A stretch of 64,000 nucleotides of DNA from NCBI GenBank assembly GCA_951406725.2, contig OX597815.1, positions 143,468,001-143,532,000 of the forward strand, read 5' to 3'. Below are positions 13,340 through 25,639 of the stretch, one piece after another. The first letter of the stretch is position 1. Each line of letters starts with the position of its first letter. Below the pieces are notes generated by a model, which ran no database searches, was not told the origin of the DNA, and was given only the letters and a program-made list of their open reading frames with translations. The stretch comes from Octopus vulgaris. Taxonomy: Eukaryota. A program made the translations under genes and the position numbers.

Positions 13340-14186
13340 ATATATTGAGCAGCTCAGCCTGGGGTGGATTTTCAGTGTACACTGTCAACTTTTGATATAA
13401 GAAACACATTTATGTACTCTACCCAGCATAGTGAGTCGAATATCAGATAATATTTGCATCGAGTAAAATATATTTTAATAGAGTTTACAACACTAATATT
13501 ATGATATACATGTGTATGTGTGTGTGTGTATGTATGTATGTATGTATGTATGCATGCATGCATGTGTGTATGTGTGCGTGTGTGTGTATTACACACACAT
13601 GCACACACACACACACAGAGTTTATGATACAGTCAGTTAGTGATAATACATTGTAATTTCAAGTTTCATATTTAGGAGTGCTGAACAATCATCATAAGAC
13701 AAACGAATCTAAACCTCTTGCCCAAATAATAACCACTTATATGAATTGTTCTTTAGTGGCAGGAATGAGGGAGAACTGAGTTTCTAGAGTTTAGAATTAC
13801 ATTACGTGTTTGAAAAGTGATGCAATGCTTGACTTTCTTAAAGAAAAAGATAGTTTTTATATGTCGCTGGAATTCATGCTAAGTTTGTTCAGCCTTTGAT
13901 GATTATGCAGCACATCTGGATGCAAAAATTTGTGTCAGGATGTATTTTCAATGTATGAATGTGTGTGTGTGTGTACACATGTGTGTCTATACAGAGCAAG
14001 AGACAGAGAAGGACAGAAAGACAGAGAATGAGAAAAAGAAAGAGACATATACATACGAGCATGAGTATATTGTGTATGCATTGTATATGTACATGTTTAA
14101 TTGCATGATGTATATGTAAGCAGTATATATATATATATATATATATAGTAGTAGAGATAAAAGTAGTATATATATATATAATAGTA

Positions 14187-14244
<58 letters not shown>

Positions 14245-14386
14245 CAAAGTATGGGGGTTTAGTTCACAGGTGATCTAAACAATTCAGTATGCTAGGTAAG
14301 TGCTGTAATGGATTATAAGGGCTCCAAGGTTATAGCCGAGACAGTAGTTATGGAGCCATTGCAGATTTCCAATGCAGTGGATATAT

Positions 14387-14892
14387 AATTGTTAAACAGG
14401 ACAGCAAACGTTAAGGCAAGGCAAACATCTCAAGTCGTCCTCAGTGTGTGTTAATCACCAGCTGGTTTATGCATCAGAGTATCAACATGCAACTGTTTCC
14501 TTCCTCAAGAGAATGGTCAGCGACATATAAAAACTATTTTTTTCTTTAAGAAAGTCAAGCATTGCAACACTTTTCAAACAAGTAATGTAATTCTAAATTC
14601 TAGAAACTCAGTTCTCCCTCATTCCTGCCACTAAAGAACAATTCATATAAGTGGTTATTATTTGAGCAAGAGGTTTAGATTCGTTTGTCTTATGATGATA
14701 GTTCAGCACTTCTAAATATGAAACTTGAAATTACAATGTATTATCACTAACTGACTGTATCCTAAACTCTGTGTATGTGTGTGCATGGATAACCACCCAG
14801 AAACTCTAGTCAGATTTTGAATTTCTTAATAATAATGTATATGACTTGAGATGTTTGCCTTGCCTTAATGCTTGCTGTCCTTTTTTACAATT
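14387..14892. mobile_element. Element with 50-bp inverted termini carrying captured local DNA and a half hammerhead motif
   Basis: 14387-14436 is the reverse complement of 14843-14892 (46/50 by eye); the interior holds copies of 13125-13182 and of 13598-13869 (inverted); GAAA-CTCTAG-TC at 14800-14811. Confidence 0.7.
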
Positions 14893-14900
14893 CCACACAC

Positions 14901-14933
<33 letters not shown>

Positions 14934-15134
14934 ATTGTTTACATATGCTTCACATGTACATAGAAGTATAAATGATTACATATACAGACTCATGCACATA
15001 CACACACACACAGTTTCACATATCACTGTCATCAACAATTTATATCAATTTTCCATGCAAATATATATATATACACATACATACACATATGTATATAACA
15101 CACACACAGTTTCACATATCATTGTTATAAACAA

Positions 15135-15495
15135 TTTATAAGAAGTTTAATTCTAGCAGACAATTATTTCGTACATATATATATACTAATAATATAAATT
15201 CATGATTGAATTAAATTAAATTAATTAAATATCAGCATACTCTTTAGTGCAGGAAGGAAAGAAACCATAAAACAAAGAACTTAAATATGAATTATAGCAG
15301 AAAAATTGGATCTAGGATTCATATTGGTATCCATGTGAGAAAGACATGGGAGTCATGTTGGATATTTAACCATAACTATGGTTAAATATCCAACATGATA
15401 TTTAATTAATTTAATTTAATTCAATCACGAATTTATATCATTATTATATATATATGTATGAAACGATCGTCTGCAAGAATTAAACATCTTATAAA
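15135..15495. repeat. Foldback with about 100-bp inverted arms and a nested perfect 22-bp palindrome
   Basis: 15135-15234 versus 15396-15495 are inverted; TCATGTTGGATATTTAACCATA-ac-TATGGTTAAATATCCAACATGA at 15353-15398. Confidence 0.85.
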
Positions 15496-15709
15496 CTTTA
15501 ACAACTTGTCTTTTCCATTTTTAAAAAAATTGATGGGATTTATGGAACTTTGTTCCATAAATTCATCATACATTATATACAAATAGTACTTTCATATCTT
15601 CACAAATTTATGCATGTAAATTCCCAGCAAAGAATGAAGAATCAACATTAGAAATCTATTTTTGGAAACATCCAATTAAAGGATGCATCCACATTCAACC
15701 GCTATACAC

Positions 15710-15755
<46 letters not shown>

Positions 15756-15775
15756 CACATATATATGTATATATA

Positions 15776-15820
<45 letters not shown>

Positions 15821-15905
15821 CACACTCACACACATGCACGCACACACACATACACATATACATACATGCATATGACACATAGATATAGCAGTATGATTCG
15901 CTTAC

Positions 15906-16001
15906 CGGAGGACATGCCGGAAGAGGTGGGGGTGTTCCACGGGGCATATATCCATAAAGGGTCGGGCTCTGAACATTCCGCACTGGACTTAAGGATTTCG
16001 A
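15906..16001 (-). CDS. Internal coding exon (96 nt); SKSLSPVRNVQSPTLYGYMPRGTPPPLPACPP
   Basis: Minus strand ccatttctcatttcag|TCGAAATCC...TCCTCCG|gtaagc. GC/CpG-rich island in microsatellite DNA; symmetric phase. Confidence 0.85.
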
Positions 16002-16410
16002 CTGAAATGAGAAATGGATCTTATCAGTTGCATGAAACACTGGAACCAGATCAATGTTACTTTAATGACATTAATTAAATACAGTTGAAGATGTAGACAG
16101 CGTTTGTCATTCACTTCTGGACAAATCATGTCAGGCCTGTGATTTTTTATGTGTGATTGTGTGTGCATATATATATATGCACACATTATGTAAGTGTGCG
16201 TATTTTCCTTTTTTAATTTCTTATATACATTACAACTCACATGGGGATAATTGAAATTCCTCTTTTCTGTTACTACTATATATATGTATATATATATATT
16301 TATATATTGTATATCCATGTATGTATGTAGGTTTATGTGTGTGGTTGTACATGTATATGTGCATACATAAGTATTTACTTTGTAGTTGTGTATATATCTA
16401 TATCTATCTA

Positions 16411-16443
<33 letters not shown>

Positions 16444-17639
16444 AATTATCCAGTAATTTTTTGCTAGTTTATTTTGACTTTTTGTCTTTTCTCCTGGTGC
16501 TGTATGAACATTTAATGTGGTTTTAGAGTCAAGTTTTGGCTGCTATTTCCAGCGTGGTGGTATCTCTTAGATACCCTAAATTATAATTATATATATATTA
16601 TGTACATATATTGGCATGTATATTCATGTATAGTTTTGATTGTGTATATCTTTGTATATTTTTGTAGATGAGACATCAGTCACTTGACTTCACATTCGGC
16701 CCCACATTCTCTCTATCTTTATCATAGCCCAAAGTCCCACTCTTGACAGCTGAAATCTTCTTTGAAATAACCATCAGTGGGCCCTAATTAATTTATTGCC
16801 ACCAACACCTTAGCAAAGTTTTATGATATTTTACCATCTTGACCTGACAAATGTCTGAGTTTATTAACGTGTAATGAATGGAACTCGTAAAATGATATTG
16901 TCAATTAAATAAATATTGATCTACCACTTCCTCATTGATTCTTCTAACATTAAATTCTGTTTTCTGGATCAATTAATCACTTCCCACCAGGTCATCCAGA
17001 TATCTTTGTATAAGTAAATTCTCTAACTGTATTTATTTGTTCAGTGTGCTGGTGACATGTAAGAAGCACTCATACAGGTGACACATGAAAAGGCACCCAT
17101 CACAGTAACATATAACAGGCGCCTATGCCAGTGACACATAAGAGACACCCAGTAGAGTACACTCTGTAGAGTGATTGGTGTTAAAAAGGGCATCCACCTG
17201 TAGAAACTGAGTCAAAACTGACAACTGGAGCCAGGTGCAAAATTGTTTTTCCCACGGGAGTTCCGGACCCCAGTTATGAACACATTTGCCAATCAGAGCT
17301 CAACTATTAAATTAATTTACGAGCACATAACAAGTGATGGGTGATAAGATAAGGTCATTTGGGTAAGGAATGACCATGCTTCTTTTCTCTTTTGAAAATG
17401 CTTGTGTTCTTGTTCTTGTTACAATCATGGCTGACTCTGCATAGTTATTTGTGTTGTTGTTTACTTTCTAAAATAATAAGGGGAGAGGGTTGCTAGCACA
17501 TCACCCTCTACCCACATTTTTCCCATCTACATCTTTACCTTATGGGGCCCTAACAAAATCCAATAATAGATATAGATGCAAATCTATCTAATTACTTGTC
17601 TCCTTCAAAAATCAGGCATAACTTGATCAGCTGACTTAC

Positions 17640-17654
17640 AACACCATTCTTCAT
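17640..17654 (-). CDS. Candidate coding part of an alternative first exon (MKNGV)
   Basis: Minus strand ctcaagATGAAGAATGGTGTT|gtaagt; A at -3; phase 0 joins exon 16001 in frame. Confidence 0.5.
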
Positions 17655-17710
17655 CTTGAGTTTACTTGGAAGAGAGTGTTTGTTAACTTGTCATGGTCAA
17701 GGCGAGCTTT

Positions 17711-17730
17711 GATTGGCTGTATGCAAATGA
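17711..17730 (-). promoter_or_regulatory. Octamer (ATGCAAAT) plus CCAAT box upstream of the candidate first exon
   Basis: Minus strand ...ctcATTTGCATacAGCCAATCa...: consensus POU and NF-Y sites 4 bp apart, about 60 nt upstream of the ATG, in a CpG-containing patch. Confidence 0.5.
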
Positions 17731-18062
17731 GCGGCAGCGGTGGCGATGATGGAGGTGGTGGCGGTGTTGCTGTTGTTGTTGGTGGTGGTGGTAGTTACTA
17801 AAGAGATGTTTAAACATGAATAGGTCAACTGTATCAACAGCTAATACCCTAATGTATCCATAGATCAGCTGGGTTTTTTTTAATTCTCTACTGCCCTTCT
17901 TCACCACCCAGTCTGTAGATGTGGTAGATAGGCAGAGGTGTGTGGAGGAGAAAATAGTTATGGGGCAATGAATGACCATGGAGGTGGAGGCACCAGGATT
18001 CAGAGCTGTTAATAATCAGGTCACAACAAACTTTTAATATGGCACAGGAGTGGCATATGGTG

Positions 18063-18213
18063 TAGGCGTGGTTGTGTGGTAAGGAGCTTGCTTCCCACTA
18101 ACATGATTCTAGGTTCATTCTCACTGTGGCATCTTGGGAGTCTTCAACTAAAGCGCTGGCTGAGCAAAGCCTTGTAAATGGATCTGGTAGACGGAAACTA
18201 CAAGAAGCTTGTC

Positions 18214-18249
<36 letters not shown>

Positions 18250-19185
18250 CCCATGCTAGCATGGAAAACGGACGCTAAACGATGATGATGATGATATATA
18301 TATATATATATATATAAACAACTAATAAACAAGGGCAAAAAAAAAAAATTCTAATGCCATGGGTATAAGTTTCATGTATTTCTTACTGTATTTATCGCTG
18401 ACAAGGAGAAAATTCTTATGAATTAACTCTGAAATTGGGACCGATATGATAATAACGGAATCTTTTAGAAATTTCTGTCAGCTTACTTCGAGATGCATGC
18501 TTATAGTGATAAATTATATGGTTATTGACGATTTGTCTATTTTCGGCATATTTGGCATTAGAATTTTTTTCTTTTGCCCTTGTTTATAAGTTGTTTATAA
18601 ATTTAACCTTTAAAGGTATTTTTTAATATGCTGGCCATTGATAGAATGTTTTCGAAAAATTTTATCCTATATTGGATATATATATATCGTCATCTTCACT
18701 GTTTAATGTCTGTTTTCCATGCTGACATGGGCTGGACAGTTTGACTGAGGTCTGGTAAGCCAGCGGCTGCACCAAACTCCAATCTGATCTGGCAATGTTT
18801 CTACAGCTGGATGCCTTTCCTAACACCAACCACTCCGAGTGTGTAGTGGGTGCTTTACATACCACTGGCACAGGAGCCAGTCAGGTGGCCCTGGCATTGA
18901 CAATGTTCAAATGGTGCTTTTTACATGTGTGTGCATATATGTGTGTGTGTATGTGTGTGTGCGTGTGTGTATGTGTGCATCTCTATGTCTCTGTTTGTTC
19001 CCCATCACCACTTGTTGGTGTTTGCATGCCTGTAACATAGTGGTTCAGCAAAAGAGATCACTAGAAAAAGTACCAGGCTTTAAAACAACAAAAATAAGTA
19101 CTTGAGTAAAATTATTTGATTAAAAATTCATGGCAGTGCCCCACCGTGGCCACTGAAACAAGTAAAAGATAAAAAGATAAAAGAT
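18063..19185 (+). mobile_element. SINE family B interrupted at its internal (TA)n by nested insertions
   Basis: 5' half 18063-18215 and 3' half about 18960-19185; between them an RTE tail (18249-18295), an IR-flanked element (18313-18680) and an inverted RTE tail (18688-18925). Confidence 0.65.
18313..18599 (+). mobile_element. Penelope-like remnant with about 47-bp inverted repeats and a decayed hammerhead
   Basis: 18313-18359 versus 18553-18599 are inverted; ATCG-CTGACAA-GGAG...CTCT-GAAA-TTGGGAC-CGAT at 18394-18445. Confidence 0.55.
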
Positions 19186-19262
19186 GCTGAATGAATGAAT
19201 GGAGGTCAAAGAATATGCTCAATCGTACATACACACACACACACACACACAAACATGCACAT

Positions 19263-19298
<36 letters not shown>

Positions 19299-19479
19299 AC
19301 ATTCACACACATGCAAACTGAGTGTGTGAGCAAAAATATATTCTTGTATAGTGTAGGTGCACCACATATAACTGGTATTTAGAACTATATTCTGGAAGTG
19401 AACACTGCAAAGAGAATTCCTGTTATTTAGCTGAACAGTTTTGCTACTGGTCTCCCTTAAGTTAATCCTTATCACAACA

Positions 19480-20720
19480 ACATCACAGCCACTACACAGA
19501 GATTACTAGACAGGGTACAAAGTGTATCAGGTGAATACCAGATGTAAATTAATGCACCAAAGCCATTCAACATCTAGTGCCAAGGTATTACATTAGAACA
19601 TGTCACCAAGCTTAAATATCAAGGTGCTGTCAAAGAACACTCAGGTGTCACGGGCCATGAAATTAGAGCACAACTAAACATCATCATCATTTAACATTCA
19701 TTGTCCATGCTGGCATGGATTGGACAGGTTGACCCAGGCTAGTAAGCTGAAGGACTGCACCAGACTCCAGTCTGATTTGTCATGGTTTCTCCAGCTGGAT
19801 ACCCTTCCTAACGCCAACCACTCCATGAGGGTGTAATGGGTGCTCTTACATGCCACCAGCACAGGTGCCTGTTGCATGACACCTGTATCAGCTACGCCTA
19901 AGATTTTACTTGTCTTGATGGGTCTTCTACTCAAGCACAGCATAATGTCAAAGGTCTTGGTCATTTGTCATTGCCTCCATAAGGCCATTATTAAAATTAC
20001 TCAATACAAACGGGAAAGCAAAAACTTCTAATTAAGAGGATCAAATTAAAGCTCCTGAAGATCTAATTAAAGCTCCTGAAGACCCAAACTGAAAGCATTT
20101 GAAAAAACAAGCTACCATAGAGAGGATCAGTTGAACTGACAATCAAACTAACAAGTCAGTGCCTGAGAAAATGGGAACTGAAAGAGAATTTTGGGCAGCT
20201 GATAGGAAGGGAAAGTTTCAGTATTTTAGGCATGTTATTAGAGTTCAGAACCTGAGCACCAACATCTTAGAAGGAAGAGTCAATAAGAAGGAGAAAAGTT
20301 AATTAAAGTTACCTTTTTGAATCATGCCAAATCTTAAGGGGCAGTTTCCCAGTTTCCATGGCTTATAAATTCCCCACCTGGACAGGACAGTGGTTCATCA
20401 CAGGATTACTCATTTTTGACAGCCAAGTGGACTGGAGCAACGTGAAATGAAGTGTTTTGGTCAAGAACACAACACGATGCCTGGTCCAGGAATTGAAACC
20501 ACAATCTTACAATCATGAGTCCAACACCCTAACCACTTGGCCATGCACCTTTATGAATGAGGAAAGAGGAAAACTGAGAAGATGGTGGCTAGACGTCATC
20601 TAAGAATGGACCGGAAGACCTTTGGTTTAATGCACAACCATAAACTGAGACAGGAATCGGTGGATGGAGATGAAGCATGTGCCCTTGATCCACCACAACC
20701 CACAGTGATGATGATGGGAA
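19480..20720 (+). mobile_element. Old RTE-type LINE remnant split by two younger insertions
   Basis: Peptide relics LEHVTKLKYQG, FQYFRHVIRVQNLSTNILEGRV and RGKLRRWWLDVI*EWTG appear in the expected order. Confidence 0.5.
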
Positions 20721-21523
20721 TAGACAAAAAGCAAGGCAAATGCATGTGTGTAAACATGATATATGTATATATATTATAGGAGTGGGTGTGGCAATATAAG
20801 AAGCATCTTTTGCCACTACATGGTTCCAAGTTTAGTCTCACTGGGCTGCACATTGGGTCAGTGTTTTCTGCTATAACCTCAGGCAGTCATTGTTTCTCTC
20901 TTACACACACAAACAAAATTAAGTGTTGTGTGTGTGTGTGTGTGTGTGCATGTATACACACACATATGATCATATATATGTGTGCGTCAACAGACATATG
21001 ATGATGATGATACATATAAATATATATACACATATATATATATACATACACATGTTTGTGTGTGTGTATATAAGGAACTCCCACAGATGACAGGCTATAC
21101 AGAGAGCCCAACCCCACCAAATCCGTTTAAAAGCTGGCCTCTGACCCCAATTAAGTGCAACTGTATATGTGCAATGTTGTGTGGTGAGGTGAGTGTGACT
21201 GGCATATTGGAATATTCTGGAAGTATTCTATTCACAGAAACAACAAACTATATGAAACAACAGAACTCTATCAAAATATACAGCTGTCACCCTTCTCACC
21301 ATTACTACTACTACTACTACTACTACCACTACCACCACCACCACCACCACTACTGCTGCTACTACTACTAATACTACTACTACTAGAAAACAACAACCAC
21401 CACCACCTTAACAACACTCATTACTATCACTGCCACTGTTATCATCACTACCAGATATCAAGACACATTACAAGCACACACACACACACACACACACAAG
21501 TGCAAACACACACACACACACGT

Positions 21524-21565
<42 letters not shown>

Positions 21566-21691
21566 ACACACACAAACATATACATAAATGTATGTTACTT
21601 ATGAACTTCACTAAACAGATTTTGCCTTAAATGGACCACCACAAATTCTCCTTAAATGTTCTGTAGGTGTATATATATAAAACGTTCTGTA

Positions 21692-21745
<54 letters not shown>

Positions 21746-23987
21746 GAGACTTGTGAGCATGTATGTATACAGATACATCAATACACACACTCACACACAT
21801 ATAAGTGTGTGTGTGTGTGTATCACAATCTTTTAAAATAAATATACTTTGACACAGCTAAACATGTTTTGAAGACTGTATTTTGATTAGGGCTTAGTTTT
21901 TTCCATGAGTGTGCGCGAGCGCACACACACACACACCCACGTGTTCTCTCTCTCTCACTCTCTCATGCTATCAATCTATCTGTGTGTGTGTGTGTGTTTG
22001 TTTGTTTGCATGTGTGTGTGTGTATGTTTTTTCTTTCATTCTATCTAATGCTTGTTTTCCTATGCCAGCATGGCTTAGAAAGGAGCAAAATTCAAGGTAG
22101 GATTTTTACAGCCAGATTCACTTCCTACTTTTCTAGTAAGGGATTTTAATTCCAGATCAATGTGAAAGCACAGACATAGCAAATGATTTGTAGACAGATT
22201 ACCCTCCAATGTATCCTTTCCAACACAATGTCTTACCAATTGTTGAGTTCCTTCGCCATCTCATTTAACACACATGACATACATAACACACACACACACA
22301 CACGCATGCACATACACACGCACACACACATACACACGCGTACACACATACACACAAGAGGGATGATGGACAAACAGTTTATAGGTGTAAGGAATGCTTT
22401 TGTATAAGATGTTACCAACAACTTGGTGCCTATGTATTCTATGCTTGCCCTAGCATCTTCACTCATGAAAGTCAACAGCCAACCAATACTGTGTACAAAA
22501 GCTGGGTTCCACAATTTCTCATGGGCAATGGTAGTTCCAGCAGCAATAATTGACAAAGTGGTGACTCTGGTGCAGAAAATAGAGTGACTGCACAGAGGAT
22601 TAGCATGTTTTCAACAATAGGGAGACATAACAGTTCAGTCAGCAGAGAACCATGTGAGTGAGGACATAGGCATTGTGTACCACATTACTGGGAGTGAGTA
22701 ACCCTTTGTCCTTGCTGGGTCCTGATGTAAAACCTGTGGTCCGATGGCAGCCAAAGATGCTGATGAGTTCTTCTATCTGGGGGTATCTGTCATCATTGTC
22801 CAGAGAGTGGGATTAATTGTGTGAAAGACCTCTCATTTTGAAAAGCAATATGCATGCACACACACACACACTTACAAATATGCACATGTGTACACATGAA
22901 TATATACACACATACACACTCACACATGCAGACACACAAACACACAATAAGCTTCTTTCAGTTTCCATCTATCAAATCCTCTCAGAAGGCATTGGTCAGC
23001 CTGGGGATATGGTAGAAGACGACTACCCAAGTTTCCATGCAGTAGAACTGAACTTGAAACCATGAGGTTAAGAAACAAACCTCTTAACCAAACAGCTACA
23101 CCTGTGCCGATTACTAGCATAATTTCATTTAACCTAAACAGAGATAAAAAGTAAAGACATCCTTTGAAGAATATGAACTTGGAAATGAAAGACACGGCTA
23201 AATACTCAAACACTTAACCCAACCACTCAACATCCATTATATGTTTGTCTTGGAATCTACACTGTTATAGTTTTCTCTGTTCTTTTACTGATTCACTAAA
23301 AGTCAGATATTCTTAAATTGGTAAACCTACCAGAAGAGTCTGAATTTGGACAATAAACCTATAAGTTTTTTCTTGAAGCAATTGAACTGAATAAAATCAA
23401 TTTGCTTTCCATTTTATTTGAAGGTTTCATGTTTAAATTATCGTAGTTGGTCAGTAACAATTCTTTAGAATTGACAAGCAAAAGAGTTGAGCAAGAATCT
23501 CCAGTTGCAACAAAGAAATTGAGACACAAAGACTTTATAGTATTCAGATCTCACAATATAGAAGTCTGTAAACCTTGGATATATTTCAAGATAGCTGCCG
23601 CTTCTTCAGATATCAATTTTTCTAATGCGACAAACAGCTTGCGGCTGTTTGGGTCAGTCCAGTTAGGCCGTGAGTGAATTAATTAGGTTCCATCCGATGA
23701 ACAATGGACAACAGAGTGAATAGGTTTCAGGTCAGATACTTGAAAAGCATAATTAACTCATTGAACACAAAGAAAATATGAAATTGTATATGGAACAAAA
23801 AGAATTCAAAGAAAAGATTTGGAATCATTTCAAGTTTGGAGACTGAATTTTGGAGGGAGGGAGAAGTAAGTGGTGGGGAAGAAGCATTTGTTGATATTTG
23901 GACAGTGAAAAGTAAAATGTTGGTTAAGTAGTGTGTACATTTTGGGGTAATGCAATTATATATATCTATCTATCTATATATATATAT

Positions 23988-24037
<50 letters not shown>

Positions 24038-24152
24038 GCACACATATATGTGTATGTATATGTATATTAATGTTTGTTTTTATGTTCATTTATAATAAAA
24101 ACCAATTTTACATTAATCTGATGAGTTTATACTATCGTAGACTACAAATTTG

Positions 24153-24286
24153 TTATTCTTATACAAAAATGTTGTTGACAGTGACTTAGAATTTTCAGAC
24201 AGCTACACCATCATCAGACTGCTGACAATGATTTAGCTGGCTGAAACTTCAAAATCACAGTCGACAACATTCTTATATAAGAATAA
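24153..24286. mobile_element. 134-bp foldback made of two head-to-head hammerhead-containing units
   Basis: Arms 24153-24217 and 24222-24286 are inverted; minus: GCAGT-CTGATGA-TGGTGTAGCTGTCT-GAAA-ATTCTAAG-TC-ACTGT; plus: CTGACAA-TGATTTAGCTGGCT-GAAA-CTTCAAAA-TC. Confidence 0.75.
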
Positions 24287-24769
24287 TAGATATAGATATG
24301 TATTTTTCTCTCTCCATTTTTTCCTCTCATTTCTTTCAGTTAAAGGCACAAAATGTCAAAGACTTTTCCATTCTTCCCAAGCGTTAAACTAATACACTTG
24401 CTTGTTGCTACCTCACCTGTTTTTGTCTTTTGTTTTCGGTAAATTTGAACTACACACACACATACATAATTATTGTTTAACATCTGCTTTTCTATGATTG
24501 CATGGGGCAGACGGAATTCATTGGGGCAAGCCCTCTATAAGTGGATGCCCTTCCTATCACCAACCTTCACCTGTTTCCAAGCAAGGCGAAATTTCCTCAC
24601 AGCCAGTCATGTTTTTCATGACAGACTGGAAACAACTATCATCACATGTATGATGGCACCCCATAACCCATTATTTACAAATTTAGTGTAGAAGTGTTCT
24701 GTCACAATGCCTTTGGAAAATAATAATAGCTGGGATCACTGCTGCTCTTCATAACCTTTTTTTTTTTAC

Positions 24770-24990
24770 TACCCACAAGGGGCTAAACGCAGAGAGGACA
24801 AACAAGGATAGACGAACGGATTAAATCGATTATATCGACCCCAGTGCGTAACTGGTACTTATTTAATCGACACCGAAAGGATGAAAGGCAAAGTCAACCT
24901 CGGCAGAATTTGAACTCAGAACGTAACGGCAGACAAAATACCGCAAAGCATTTCGCCTGGCATGCTAACGATTCTGCCAGCTTGCCGCCT
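24770..24990 (-). mobile_element. Young SINE family A copy with a variant 3' tail
   Basis: CpG-rich and close to the in-window consensus; tail 'acccacaaggggctaaacgcagagaggaca' differs from the other copies. Confidence 0.85.
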
Positions 24991-25639
24991 TCAAAACCAT
25001 GGTGAATATTGTGGTGAGTGGAGGTCAACACCCACATTGCCCTCAAAAAGCAACTGGCACTAAAAAGATTCGTTTTGGACACAGTTTCAGGCTTGAAGAA
25101 TGCTTGGAGACACCAGTATCAGTTGATGAAATCAACACTAGATACAAATTTCACTGACCCTGCAGGGAATGAAAGGAAAAATGTCTGAATACAAAACATA
25201 AACAACCATCATCATCATCGTCGTCGTCATCGTTTAACATTCACTTTCCAAGTGGCATGGGCTGGATGGTTTGACTGAAAGCTGGCAAGCCAGAAGGCTG
25301 CACCGACTCCAATCAGATCTGGCAAAGTTTCTACAGCTGGATGACTTTCGTAACACCAACCACTCCAAGGGTGTAGTAGGTGCTTTTTATGTGCCACCAG
25401 CATGAGGGCCAGTCAGGCGGTACTGGCATTGACCACACTTGAATGGTGCATTTTATATGCCACTGGTACAGGAGCAGTTCTAGATAATTCTTTCTCATTT
25501 AAGCACAAGGCCAGCAATTCTGAAGGAAGGGACAAGTCAGTTACATCAACCCCAGTACATGAAAGGTAAAGTTATACCTCAGTGAGATTTGAATTCAGCC
25601 AGCTTGCTGTCATACCAGAACTAAATGGTGTAAAGTATT

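Noticed and set aside
15866-16078. Plus-strand 70-aa ORF
   Set aside because: Antisense shadow of the minus-strand exon, which has the splice signals.
855-17654. Assigning a gene name to the spliced peptide
   Set aside because: Only a short Pro/Ser-rich segment with no domain I can recognise; needs BLAST.
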